Shown here: one piece after another, positions 36,955 to 49,470 of the stretch
How positions within the stretch are numbered: position 1 is the first letter of the stretch
Layout of the letters: each line of letters begins with the position of its first letter
DNA from: Octopus bimaculoides
Taxonomy: Eukaryota
DNA length: 64,000 nt
Reading direction: 5' to 3'
NCBI RefSeq assembly: GCF_001194135.2
Contig: NC_068982.1
Coordinates: forward strand, 146,484,453-146,548,452
Made by a program: the position numbers and the translations under genes
Notes under the pieces: model-generated
Database searches by the model: none
Seen by the model: only the letters and a program-made list of their open reading frames with translations
What the model was told of the DNA's origin: nothing

Positions 36955-37365
36955 TTGTGTACGCCTGTGTGCCTACATACATTTGTATTTTTAGATATTT
37001 CTCACACACACTCACACATGCACACACACACTCTCTCTCTCTCTTTACACACACACACATATATGCATACACACACATACTCACACATTTCTATATGTAT
37101 AATATTATCATCATGATAATAATTTAATGCCCATGTTCTATCACAGTATGCGTTGCTCAGTTTGACAGGATCTGACGGTCCCGGAAATGCATTGCGCTCA
37201 AGTGTCTCTGCTTTGACAAGATTTCTCCAGCTAAATATCCTCCTAACGCCAATAACTTTTTATCACATACTGGGGGCTTTTCGTTATTTTTTTTTTTTTG
37301 TCGCACCAGCACTAGTCAGCTCGTGATGCAGTGTGCAAGACTATGATGTCTTTCGAATACAAGTA

Positions 37366-38375
37366 TTGGGTTGTCCAGAAAGTTCGTGCCGATTTATAGT
37401 AGCTTAACTTTCGACTTATTTTAGAACATGGTTGAGTGCATAAAACAGGATTTGACGGCACCTCCATTTAGAACAAAGTTTACGCTATCTTTTCGTGGAA
37501 GAAGGTTTATGTTCCTATAACCTGTGTTAATTCTGTAACCCTTTAAAATGGAAGATAAGAAAGTTCGTTTTCGGCACTTGATGCTTTTCTTTTTCCGTAA
37601 AGGGAAAAAGGCCTCACAAGCAGCCAAAAAAATATGCGCAGTTTACAGTGATGTTTCTTTATCCGAAAGAACTGTACAGAACTGGTTCGCAAGGTTCCGA
37701 GCTGGAGATTGTAGCTTTATTGATAAAGAGCGATCAGGCAGACCATCCATTACAGATGATGACCAAATCAAGTCATTAATTGAGAATAACCCACATTGCA
37801 CAACCCAAGAATTGGCAGAAAGCCTCAACCTATCAAAATCCATCGTTCAGAAGCACCTGCTAAAGCTTCGGTACACAAATCGTTACGATGTTTGGGTACC
37901 ACATGAATTGAGTGAAAAGAACCTTTTGGATCGCATTTCCATCTGTGATTCGCTTTATAAACGGAATGAAAACGCGCCTTTTTTAAAGCAAAGTTTGACA
38001 GGTAATGAGAAATGGATTATCCACCGAAATGTTCAGAGAAAGCGGTCTTGGAGTAAGCGACATGAGCCACTCTTAGCCACCCCAAAAGCGGGTCTTCAAC
38101 CTAATAAAGTATTGCTTTGTGTCTGGTGGGATTGGAAAGGAAATATGTACTATGAGCCTCTCCCAAGTGACCAGACAATTAATTCTGAGACATATTGCAC
38201 ACAACTGGACGAGTTAAAAGCAGCAATTCACGAGAAACGTCCAGAACTGGCCAACAGAAAGGGTATTGTTTGCCAACATGATAATGCAAGGCCGCGCGTT
38301 TCTTTGGGAAGCAGACAAACATTGCTGCAGCTCAGCTGGGATGTGATACCCCACCCTCCATATTCACCAGATATA
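37366..38375 (+). mobile_element. Mariner (mellifera-subfamily-like) element, 3'-truncated
   Basis: TA followed by the 5' TIR TTGGGTTGTCCAGAAAGTTCGTGCCGATTT. The transposase is cut immediately after YSPDI; no 3' TIR. Confidence 0.92.
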
Positions 38376-38441
38376 TGTTGGATCCTCATGTGGACTCGCC
38401 AAAGAAGAAACGATCTGATTGTGGGACCTCCAAGACTGTGA
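37548..38441 (+). CDS. Mariner transposase ORF (276 uninterrupted transposase codons plus 21 foreign codons), predicted catalytically dead
   Basis: HTH region with RSGRP, WVPHEL, TGNEKW (first Asp changed to Asn), VWWD, HDNARP, PHPPYSPD; the third Asp is lost. Confidence 0.75.
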   Translation: MEDKKVRFRHLMLFFFRKGKKASQAAKKICAVYSDVSLSERTVQNWFARFRAGDCSFIDKERSGRPSITDDDQIKSLIENNPHCTTQELAESLNLSKSIVQKHLLKLRYTNRYDVWVPHELSEKNLLDRISICDSLYKRNENAPFLKQSLTGNEKWIIHRNVQRKRSWSKRHEPLLATPKAGLQPNKVLLCVWWDWKGNMYYEPLPSDQTINSETYCTQLDELKAAIHEKRPELANRKGIVCQHDNARPRVSLGSRQTLLQLSWDVIPHPPYSPDICWILMWTRQRRNDLIVGPPRL

Positions 38442-38609
38442 CACCTAGAGATTTCGGGAATATTGACTGCAGGTTACGTGTGAAACCTGGACAAACAAGC
38501 AGTCATTTGTACCGCCTCCATACTTCCTCACGTACCGAAAACCACCAGAAATCGCATCCTCGGGCTTCCGTGTGAGAATCCCAGAAACTGCTTCCTTTAA
38601 CACAGGAGT

Positions 38610-39330
38610 TCGAGGCTTCAATGAAACCAAAAGTACATGACGTTAGACATGAGTTGTGTTCTGTTCACTGGCGAAACCAGGACCTGACGGTTGGGCAAAT
38701 CATTTGGTCTATTTTGGAGATGAGCGTCACTAACGCTTGCGACGTCACAACAGGGTGGAGGGGTCATGTTGTGGGCTGGTATCAGACTTGTTCGCCCACA
38801 CAGACTTGTGCGCCCACGCAAACTTGTTCGCCCAGACAGACTTGTTCACCCAGACAGACTTGTTCGCCCAGTCAGGGTGCCTGAAGGGGCTACAGTGACC
38901 GCAGCCGCCTACTGCAATCTCCTGAAGGAGGTCTTGGATCCCTGGCTAGATGACATACCGTTGTCACTTCTACGGGATCTCGTATTCATGCATAATAACG
39001 CTCTCTCCCACTCTGTTGGGATCACACAAACATTACTAGGGTCTTACGGCATACAAAGTGAAAGGCCGATGGTGTGGCCGCCGGCATCTCTAGATTTTAA
39101 CCCTATCGAAAATCTTTGGCCCATCATTAAACAGGATTTTTGTGCCGATGGATGCCAATTTACGTCGAAAGATGTCTTATGGGCGACCATCAAAGCTGCA
39201 GCACAAGCAGTCCAGCCTGCGGCTATTCAGAAATTAACAGATTCCATGGCTAATATGGTTTCTGAAGTCATTCGTGGAAATGGTGCCCATGAGGTTAATA
39301 ATACATTATGTCAATAAATGTTATAATATC
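38610..39330 (+). mobile_element. Tc1-like DD37E (TRT-like) transposase pseudogene fragment
   Basis: KYMTLDMSCVLFTGETR, QQGGGVMLWAGI, FMHNNALSH, WPPASLDFNPIENLW. There are 37 residues between the second Asp position and the Glu; both Asp residues are mutated. Confidence 0.85.
38783..38872 (+). repeat. 5 x 18-bp minisatellite inside the Tc1-like transposase
   Basis: Unit CAGACTTGTTCGCCCAGA with variants; encodes RLVRPH-RLVRPR-KLVRPD-RLVHPD-RLVRPV. Confidence 0.95.
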
Positions 39331-40584
39331 ATTATGGTTTTCTGTTAAATATATACTCATTGTATGCTTAATATGCATCATTACCCTTCATTTTCTGAAA
39401 AAATGTCCAGATGGGCTATTTTCATTCAAAAGCTATTAGCGTGGTTCACCCCAAAACTGAAGAATCTGAAATAAAAAAAGAAGGACGCTACACAGAATAA
39501 TGAATACATAAAAATGGTGTTGCCATAGTGTACAAACCAGCCGGGAAAACCGAGAAATCCTAAATTTCACTTCTATGCTATTAGCGTTGTTCAGGGTGTA
39601 TATGCACATATTTATATATGTACAGATAAATTATCTTTGTACATTAAACAATATTAAAATGTATTACTAGTGGGAGAAAGAATTTAAAAGGATGCCATGA
39701 ATGCTCTAATCATAAGTATAATGTCTAAATACCCAATGGAAAGGAAAAATTTCAATGTGCTAGTTATTACAGATAAAATCTCTCTAAATAAATAATAAAG
39801 TTTGGGTATATTATGATAAAAACAAATCGAATTTACTTCACATATGAAAGGAATTTAAGACTGGATTGTTTTCAGTTTACAGAACGAAAATGTGTTATGC
39901 GTAATGATATTTATAAAGCTATAGTTAAAATTTCTTTTTAATGCGTATATCCGTTGTAGCCTAGAAAAGTCCCATTTTCAAAACAATTCCCGAGATCCTT
40001 TAATTTAACTTAGTAGGCACATGAAATATAAATATCATATGAAGTGGGGTTTGAAAACATAAAAAGATGTAAACTTCTTTTTCGCTTGTCTAGAAAATGA
40101 ATGAACAAAAAATAGAATCACAAATGATCGTAAAACTGACAAACCTCAAGAAAATGGTTAAATTAGATATGTATAAAAGCGCTTACTAATATCGAATTTA
40201 GTGACTTAAAATAAAATAAAGAGGGGAAATTAATCTTATCCAATGTTTATTGGAGAATAAAATCCAGATAAGAGATGGTGTAGATTGTGAAAGATAAAAA
40301 GGTTTTGAGATGGAAATATGTAAGTTCGTTATTAAAGATCGTTAAAGGTTTTCGACAAGTGATGTTCGAGGCTTTTAGTAGTAATAAATTGTATAGGAGA
40401 AAACATACATGTATGTATAGATAGAAATACAATAGATAGATAGATAGAGAAGGGGAGAGACGAGGAGAGAGACTGACAGACAGACAAACAGAGAAAGCGA
40501 TGCATATATTTCTATTTCTATACGCATAAATTTATGCGTACACACACACATATTCTTACTGCATACAAATTATTTAATGTCAAT

Positions 40585-40625
<41 letters not shown>

Positions 40626-41961
40626 TACACTCACATACATATATATATATGTGTGTGTGTGTGTATCTATGTATATANNNNNNNNNNNNNNNNNNNNNNN
40701 NNNNNNNNNNNNNNNNNNNNNNNNNNNNNNNNNNNNNNNNNNNNNNNNNNNNNNNNNNNNNNNNNNNNNNNNNNNNNNNNNNNNNNNNNNNNNNNNNNNN
40801 NNNNNNNNNNNNNNNNNNNNNNNNNNNNNNNNNNNNNNNNNNNNNNNNNNNNNNNNNNNNNNNNNNNNNNNNNNNNNNNNNNNNNNNNNNNNNNNNNNNN
40901 NNNNNNNNNNNNNNNNNNNNNNNNNNNNNNNNNNNNNNNNNNNNNNNNNNNNNNNNNNNNNNNNNNNNNNNNNNNNNNNNNNNNNNNNNNNNNNNNNNNN
41001 NNNNNNNNNNNNNNNNNNNTATATATACATATATATACATATTTAATATGAATATATCTATTAAACGTATATAAATATTATATATATAGGTGTATATGCA
41101 TGTGTGTGTGTCTGTGTGTAACATTTACAATAAAAGATATATTTATGTACAACAACAGGTTGCTCAAGATTAATAGAAAGTAAATTAGGAAGCAAATGTG
41201 CTCCTAGTGTTCTACCCAAACTTTATCAACAAATTCTGGGTGTCATTTATTTGTTAAAGATTGTAAGAGAATTATATATCATTTGTGTTCTGTTGCATTA
41301 TGGATATGATCCACGCCATTAATATGTGTATATTTAATCCGTAATTATGTGGTCTCTGCATATGAGAATGCATTAATAATTTGGCTGACATAAAGAACCT
41401 GAGGTGAACGTTCTGCATACGAAATAGAAATACGATACGTCAGAATTATATAACAAACTGAATTGTAAATTTCCATTAAGTAAGGTTATTCATACAATTA
41501 GTAAGCAAAAGCTCTTTCGGGGTGTTTCAACACTGGAAACATCAAACAAGAAAGATGACTACGATATAATTTAATTTTTCGAGGATAACGGCTATGCAAA
41601 TGAGGGGGTATATATTATTCAAAGTCATTTGGCGAATGTACAATTACGTTTCTGATTTGTTAGTCTTTCAGCCGAAAGACAATAGACTAAAATTCTTACG
41701 CAAGGTCAATGTTTTCCAGAAAGGTTAATCGACAGATCTTGGTGGAATTACCTCCCTTGATCCTTGTAGGATGGTATTTCCGATAGAGATGTCTACTAAC
41801 TGCAGACACGCTTATTTCATCGAAGCTTTGCAGCTCAATATTCAGAAATTGAGATCTATACATATATGTTATTAAAATACAAGAAATTCCGATAAGGAAT
41901 CTCCCCTTTGCTACATTATTAACATTCATATATAATGTTTCTAGTATTTTTATTGCTTAAG

Positions 41962-42000
<39 letters not shown>

Positions 42001-42010
42001 TAGATAGATC

Positions 42011-42058
<48 letters not shown>

Positions 42059-42118
42059 CATACATACATACATACATACATACATACATACATACATACA
42101 TACGTACGTACATGCACA

Positions 42119-42154
<36 letters not shown>

Positions 42155-42365
42155 TGTGTATATATAGTTCGCAGTTTCGGTAAGGTAAGATGAACAAAAA
42201 GTCCTCCATCTAGTGACAGACAAATATCATTTAATGTACATAGTATAAAAGTAAGAGCGACTAATATTTTCTTGTTGCCTAGACACGTGTCTTCACGGCA
42301 AGAAACTATTAGATGCTCTTAACTCTTACCTTTATTCTTTATACTGTCTACATTAAATAATATAT

Positions 42366-42409
<44 letters not shown>

Positions 42410-42974
42410 NNNNNNNNNNNNNNNNNNNNNNNNNNNNNNNNNNNNNNNNNNNNNNNNNNNNNNNNNNNNNNNNNNNNNNNNNNNNNNNNNNNNNNNNNNN
42501 NNNNNNNNNNNNNNNNNNNNNNNNNNNNNNNNNNNNNNNNNNNNNNNNNNNNNNNNNNNNNNNNNNNNNNNNNNNNNNNNNNNNNNNNNNNNNNNNNNNN
42601 NNNNNNNNNNNNNNNNNNNNNNNNNNNNNNNNNNNNNNNNNNNNNNNNNNNNNNNNNNNNNNNNNNNNNNNNNNNNNNNNNNNNNNNNNNNNNNNNNNNN
42701 NNNNNNNNNNNNNNNNNNNNNNNNNNNNNNNNNNNNNNNNNNNNNNNNNNNNNNNNNNNNNNNNNNNNNNNNNNNNNNNNNNNNNNNNNNNNNNNNNNNN
42801 NNNNNNNNNNNNNNNNNNNNNNNNNNNNNNNNNNNNNNNNNNNNNNNNNNNNNNNNNNNNNNNNNNNNNNNNNNNNNNNNNNNNNNNNNNNNNNNNNNNN
42901 NNNNNNNNNNNNNNNNNNNNNNNNNNNNNNNNNNNNNNNNNNNNNNNNNNNNNNNNNNNNNNNNNNNNNNNNNN

Positions 42975-43039
<65 letters not shown>

Positions 43040-43134
43040 AAAGCATTCTTTCTGCAAATAATCCCAAATAATTTAATGGTACTCCATCGAGTGACACACG
43101 TTTACATATGTGCTATATATATATATATAGCACA

Positions 43135-44130
43135 GAGCGCCACGCGGGTGACTGTGCTGGAAATTCCAAGAGGCGCTAACGGCCACACGCTAGATAGACT
43201 CAGAAAGGACCTCACAAGCATCATGATTCCCTGAAGGTCACTATAGGGACCGACCTGAAACTGCTAGATTTCCTTGACGTGTCCCTGGATCTAGAATATG
43301 GAATCTATAGACCCTTCGGAAAACCAAAAGAGAAGGTGTTTTTACATTAACACAGGTTCCTGCCAACCAGCCATAGTGTTCAGGAAGCTGGTTAAGGGTG
43401 CCTGCAGGCGAATCTCCAGGTTGTCTTCAAGCAAAGAGATCTTTGATACTGCTTCTCTGTAATACTACCGGGATCTGACTGCCAGCGTCTTCAAGGATAA
43501 TATTAGTTACATACCAGACCCTAGCCGCTCCCAAGAGAAAGCGCCACCTGAAAGTACTGTGGTTCACGCCGCCATTCTCTTTAAGCGTTAAGACCAGAGT
43601 AGATAAGATCTTCCGCAGCTTAGCTGATGGACACTTCCCCCGTACCAATATATTCAATAAAATATTTAATATACATACACTAAGATTATCCTTTAGCTGT
43701 GCACCTAGCGTAAAAAACATTTTAGTAGGCAGGCCCACACCCGAGGCAGAGGCAGGATGCTCATTCAGGGGTAACACAACTTCTCCACTGAACAGCAATA
43801 CGGAGACAGTTGTCTACGAGGCAGAAGTAAGAGCAACAAGACCCAATGGACAACGGGACGTGCGGAAGTATGTGGGGCAACACAGGTCTTTCCAGGACCC
43901 GCTTTAATAGCCACAAGTCCTCTTTCAACATCTCAAAGAGACGTAACGTCACAACTCTAGCCAAGCACGTTTGGGCTTTGAAAGAAAGCGCTAGTACTTC
44001 ATAAAGTGGAAGATCCTAGAAAAATGCAAACCGTACTTCAATAACAGCAGGAAGTGTAAATTATGTCTGGCTAAAAAGAGGGCAATTTTAAAAGGTACCC
44101 AATGCCCGGATGGATATCTACTTCAATAGC
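43135..44130 (+). mobile_element. Penelope-like element (Neptune-like) RT C-terminus plus GIY-YIG pseudogene
   Basis: LKVTIGTDLKLLDFLDVSLDL, RRISRLSSSKEIF, LWFTPPFSLSVKT, HFPRTNIFNKIFN...LSFSCAP, VVYEAEV...RKYVG, IKWKILEKCKPY...CKLCL. Confidence 0.92.
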
Positions 44131-44559
44131 AGGAGTGAAATGTTTAATCCATGCCTGCATGAAAGGAAGTACATCCTATTGTACCGGCACGCCCCACCAT
44201 GGCCGCAACCACAAGTCCTCTGCTTCGACTCTCTGTCAACGACCTTCGAACAATCCCTTTGGGCCCGGTAAAAAGAGTTTGACCAAGGCACACTAATGCA
44301 CCCCTGTATACACACGCACACTCCTGTATACACACCCAACACATACCACTGCACGCAAATTCTTCCCCCACACATATACAGATCCTCCCCCTACACATAC
44401 ACACATTACACATACATACACATTACACACTGCACACTAACATAAAAAACAACGACTTTATCCTTAACAGAAAGAAAACACACCAGCACAGCTATACACC
44501 CACGGAAACAATTATGCTAACCCCAAGATTCAGATATCGATTCTAGGCAGTGACCGGAA

Positions 44560-44573
44560 TAATAATAATGATG

Positions 44574-44624
<51 letters not shown>

Positions 44625-44625
44625 T
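44560..44625. repeat. (AAT)n microsatellite
   Basis: Direct reading; immediately precedes the HHR-bearing repeat. Confidence 0.95.
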
Positions 44626-44676
44626 AACATCGAAAAATACCTTAGGAATGAGAACCCAGGTTCGAAATTTCCCCAA

Positions 44677-44722
44677 GACACCTGATGAAGGTCGGAGGGT
44701 ATATCAGCCGAAACGTTGTGTT
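44677..44722 (+). ncRNA. Minimal type-I hammerhead ribozyme with canonical core, in a PLE pLTR-like repeat (44626-44778)
   Basis: GACAC-CUGAUGA-A-GGUCG...CAGCC-GAAA-CG-UU/GUGUU; palindromic stem III ACGU; stem II has one mismatch. Confidence 0.78.
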
Positions 44723-46851
44723 AACAACAAACAAGATGAGGACAAATATCCGTCAAATGTAAATAATGTAAATAATACGAGATGAGTTAAACCAATCACA
44801 GATATATTATAAATTTCTGAGATACATCATCTGCATAAGAGAAAGAGGCTGTATACATTTTCCTACTCTTAACTAGTGACTATGTCGTTCTTAATTATTG
44901 ACAAAGTCAGAATTTAATTCTCCATAAAAGAATTTTACTGGCTTACTCTGGTAATGAAAAGTATTCAAATGATGGCCTCGTTGTTGTCCATTTGGGAAGG
45001 TAAAGGTTTATGGTTCTCTAAGTTATATTTGACAGATATTTTGTGATAATTGTTCTAAAATCATTGGTTGCCGCTACAGCTTCATCTAACAGCAGAAACT
45101 GAACATTGATTAGGAGTCTTATTCTTTTAGAGATGCACAACACCCACTGAGAATAATACATTTACAGATGCGGAATAGAAGCTAAGGATTGTTTATTATA
45201 AGGAATGAACGTTTAAGGGAAGTTCAAATTGAGGAAGCAAAAAGCAGATTGCTATGATTAAGCTTATAATCTATATATGTAGATAAGTTCGTTCGAAAGT
45301 TTTTGATTTCTTGTTTGCTAGGGTTATATATCACAACTATTTTATGATTCAGATAAATTTTTGCAATATTTTCCTAGTTTTACTACATGCGGTGGTGTTA
45401 TCTAACTGGTCGTATGCACTTCTAAGAATAAGATTGAATAAGTGCGACCGTTTTCACTCTTTAATAATGATATCTCAACCTACGGAAAAACAAGAAACTT
45501 AGATGCTATTCTCTCCCCTTAAATAGAACGCACAAACACACACTCTTTCTTTATCTCTCTCTCTCTCTATCTCTCTCTCTCTCTCTCGCTCTCTTCCTTT
45601 CTATCTGTACAAGTAGTAGTTTCCAGTGAACCACTCATGTGTATATTGAACGTTGGGTGGATTTCAAGTGCTATTCACAGAAACTGATGGCAAAGTGCCA
45701 TGGTGGGATTAAACAAAAATAATGCTGATTTAAAATCATTCCGACAGATAAAGCAACAAGAAAATGCAGTCAGAAATCCTTCATTTACACCCGAAGCGAA
45801 CATGCAAGGACTTGTGTATGGTGCGAAGTGAAAATGTAACAACACAAGAAATTATTACACAAGGTATATCTATNNNNNNNNNNNNNNNNNNNNNNNNNNN
45901 NNNNNNNNNNNNNNNNNNNNNNNNNNNNNNNNNNNNNNNNNNNNNNNNNNNNNNNNNNNNNNNNNNNNNNNNNNNNNNNNNNNNNNNNNNNNNNNNNNNN
46001 NNNNNNNNNNNNNNNNNNNNNNNNNNNNNNNNNNNNNNNNNNNNNNNNNNNNNNNNNNNNNNNNNNNNNNNNNNNNNNNNNNNNNNNNNNNNNNNNNNNN
46101 NNNNNNNNNNNNNNNNNNNNNNNNNNNNNNNNNNNNNNNNNNNNNNNNNNNNNNNNNNNNNNNNNNNNNNNNNNNNNNNNNNNNNNNNNNNNNNNNNNNN
46201 NNNNNNNNNNNNNNNNNNNNNNNNNNNNNNNNNNNNNNNNNNNNNNNNNNNNNNNNNNNNNNNNNNNNNNNNNNNNNNNNNNNNNNNNNNNNNNNNNNNN
46301 NNNNNNNNNNNNNNNNNNNNNNNNNNNNNNNNNNNNNNNNNNNNNNNNNNNNNNNNNNNNNNNNNNNNNNNNNNNNNNNNNNNNNNNNNNNNNNNNNNNN
46401 NNNNNNNNNNNNNNNNNNNNNNNNNNNNNNNNNNNNNNNATTCTCTCTCTCTCTCTCCCTCTCTTATTCTCTCTCTCTCTCTCTCTCCCTATAAATAACA
46501 GTTCCCAATGAACCGACCACACGAAATTAAGATGTTTATCAAAAATATTTGATATCTTCTGTACATTCGCCTCGTTAGGAGCGTTATTGCTGCAGGAAAG
46601 ATTTCAAGCAATTATTGTTCGAATTAGAGAAAATTAGTTCTGCAGAAAGTTTCCGTTTCATCTTAGCACTTAATGCCCAACCCGTGATATTACTTGTTTC
46701 AAGAGTTAGATAAATCTTTTTGAATGAACTCTCTTCCGACGTGATTACTGGATTCATAGCGAGTAGGATATAGTAGTTTAATGAAGGACCAATTACTGAA
46801 GCTGACTGGTAGCGTATTGTGCATGGTAACACACTGTCAATTACATACATA

Positions 46852-47165
46852 CATGGTTCAGTGGTTAGAGGGACGGGCTCACAATCATGAGGTAGTGAGT
46901 TCGATTCCCGGACCGGGTGTGTTGTGTTCTTGAGCAAGACACTTTATTTCAAGTTGCTCCAGTTCACTCATCTGTAGAAATGAGTTGTGACGTCACGGGT
47001 GCCAAGCTGCATCGGCCTTTGCCTTTCCCTTGGGTAAAATCGGTGGCGTGGAGAGCGGAGGCTGTTCTTCCATAAACAACTTTGTCCGGACTTGTGCCAC
47101 GGAGAGGAACATTCTAGGGGCAATCTCACGGTCATTCATAACCGAAGGGGCTCCTTACCCTTACT
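46852..47165 (+). mobile_element. tRNA-derived SINE with CORE-like box
   Basis: TGGTTCAGTGGTTAGAG (A-box-like), GAGTTCGATTCCC (B box), GTGTTCTTGAGCAAGACACTT. Confidence 0.85.
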
Positions 47166-47202
47166 CTACATCCTATGCATATGTATGTATGTGTGTGTGC
47201 GA

Positions 47203-47244
<42 letters not shown>

Positions 47245-47344
47245 CTGTATGTATATATGACATATGCATCCATATATTTATAAATAGAAAACATTATATA
47301 CATGCGTAACATTTTTCAAACTTCATCGTTACAGAATGATCTGG

Positions 47345-47760
47345 AACAGAATAACAAAAGAGAAAACACCTACAGAAGAAGATGACTATACAGAGACCGA
47401 TAGGTCAAATTAAAACAGAAGAGGCCAGATATTGTTGCATGGGATAACCAGAAGATATATTCTGTCGTAGAAATTACCTGACTTCTGGGTACTAATGAGA
47501 TTTGAAATTACAAGAGAAAGAGGACATCCATGGATCATTAATAGGGAGTTTGCAAATCCAATACACAAGGTACACTTTCAGCTTCATACCTATTATAACT
47601 GGAGCAACAGGACACATACCAGCCCGTTTGGAGTAAAGTATGGCGAAACTTGGGATCTTGAGGAGGGAATACAAATCCTTAATTCATACTCTACAAACGA
47701 TCACGATATAAGACTCTATGAAAATCTGCAAGGGCTCCTTAAGTATAAAGGATAGTAATT
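47345..47760 (+). mobile_element. RLE-type LINE 3' fragment (R2/R4 superfamily), different family from the 19 kb copy
   Basis: RPDIVAWDNQK...VVEI, LKLQEKEDIHGSLIGSLQIQY...FSFIPIITGATGHIP...KICK across frameshifts. Confidence 0.75.
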
Positions 47761-47840
47761 AAAACAAGATGCTTTCCTTCAGAACCTTGTTACCAAGTAG
47801 GTGATTGGTTAAAATTTACTCTAAATTGAAAAGAGAGGAG

Positions 47841-47982
47841 TACATACATACACACACACATACATACATACATACATACATACACACACATACATACATA
47901 CATACATACACACATACATACATACATACATACATACATACATACATACATACATACATACATACATACATACACACATACA

Positions 47983-48012
<30 letters not shown>
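47841..48012. repeat. (TACA)n microsatellite
   Basis: Direct reading. Confidence 0.97.
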
Positions 48013-48013
<1 letters not shown>

Positions 48014-48050
48014 TTGAAAAATTGGAGTCAACTAGAAGGGTACAGTTGCA

Positions 48051-48417
48051 CATTTATTTTTTTAATCACTTCGATTGTTTCCACGCAATGTAGTTCTCCG
48101 AGTCCGAGCGTGAAGGTACTTGATTATGCAATTGTTTCCCTGCATTATGAGATCTAGTTGTGTTTTCTCAGTTGATGTGTAAATATTGTCCCCGTAAGTT
48201 TAAAATCCTCGACTTCAAGAACATCCTCTAGGCCACGACAGACAGAGAAGATATTCTTGAAACCGAGGATTTTAAACTTACGGAGACAATATTTACATTT
48301 CCTCTGAGGAAAAGGAACTAGATCTCATAATGCATGGAAACAGTTGTATAATCAAGTACCTGCACACCTGGAGAACTACGCTGCGTCAAAACAATTGTAG
48401 TGATTAAAAAATAAATG
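48051..48417. repeat. Fold-back element of about 367 bp (about 175-bp diverged arms, short spacer)
   Basis: CATTTATTTTTTTAATCAC...GGTACTTGATTAT...GAGATCTAGTT...GTAAGTTTAAAATCCTCG is mirrored by CGAGGATTTTAAACTTAC...AACTAGATCTC...ATAATCAAGTACC...GTGATTAAAAAATAAATG. Confidence 0.9.
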
Positions 48418-48622
48418 CCGAACCGTACCTCTTCTTTTTGACTCTATCTTTTTCAATCATCTATTTCACAGGACAGATGTCCAGACTCAAACCTGGAAGT
48501 ACGTATTATACTACTACTGGATAGCGCAGGGTAAATCTGAAGGTGGACGAGATTTATACTCTACTCTAATACGTTCTTAACAGAATATACCATAACTATA
48601 TATATACATATACATATACATG

Positions 48623-48677
<55 letters not shown>

Positions 48678-49435
48678 NNNNNNNNNNNNNNNNNNNNNNN
48701 NNNNNNNNNNNNNNNNNNNNNNNNNNNNNNNNNNNNNNNNNNNNNNNNNNNNNNNNNNNNNNNNNNNNNNNNNNNNNNNNNNNNNNNNNNNNNNNNNNNN
48801 NNNNNNNNNNNNNNNNNNNNNNNNNNNNNNNNNNNNNNNATATATATATATATGAAGAGAGTAAGGAACAAAGTATGAAAGGCAGAAATATACGCACATT
48901 TACCTTCATAAAATCACAGTGAATGTATTTTTATTTCATAAAACTTTCTAATTCGTTATGATCCCAACCAATATCAATGCAATGCTTGTGTTATCTTGAT
49001 GCAACATTCTAACTTGACTCAGTGCAGTCTGGTAGACATATTCTTTTTATAGTTTTATCGAATTATTCGTTTCTATATATGCTTAACAAAATCCTGCACA
49101 ATATATTCAAGAAATATAAAAGAATAAAAATCAATAAATTTGTTATAAGGTATGAAAATATTTTGTTAGCAAACGGTGTTTGTAAGTGAAAAGCGCGCTT
49201 AAACTGGTACCATATTTGCATATAGGCATAATTTTTAATTTTCACTAAAATGATGCCAAATATACATCGCCGTTGTTAATTATCTTATTGTCAAATAATG
49301 TTACTACATAAACTGTTACTTATTCTGTAACTCCATTAAAGAAACAGCTTTTAATACATATACACTGAAACAATGCATAGATACACATACCCGTGCACAC
49401 TTACATATACGCACAAACACATATGTACGTATGTG

Positions 49436-49470
<35 letters not shown>

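Noticed and set aside
41696-41929. Minus-strand ORF or exon candidates (LVDISIGNTILQGSRE and alternatives)
   Set aside because: Several incompatible readings; none identifiable.
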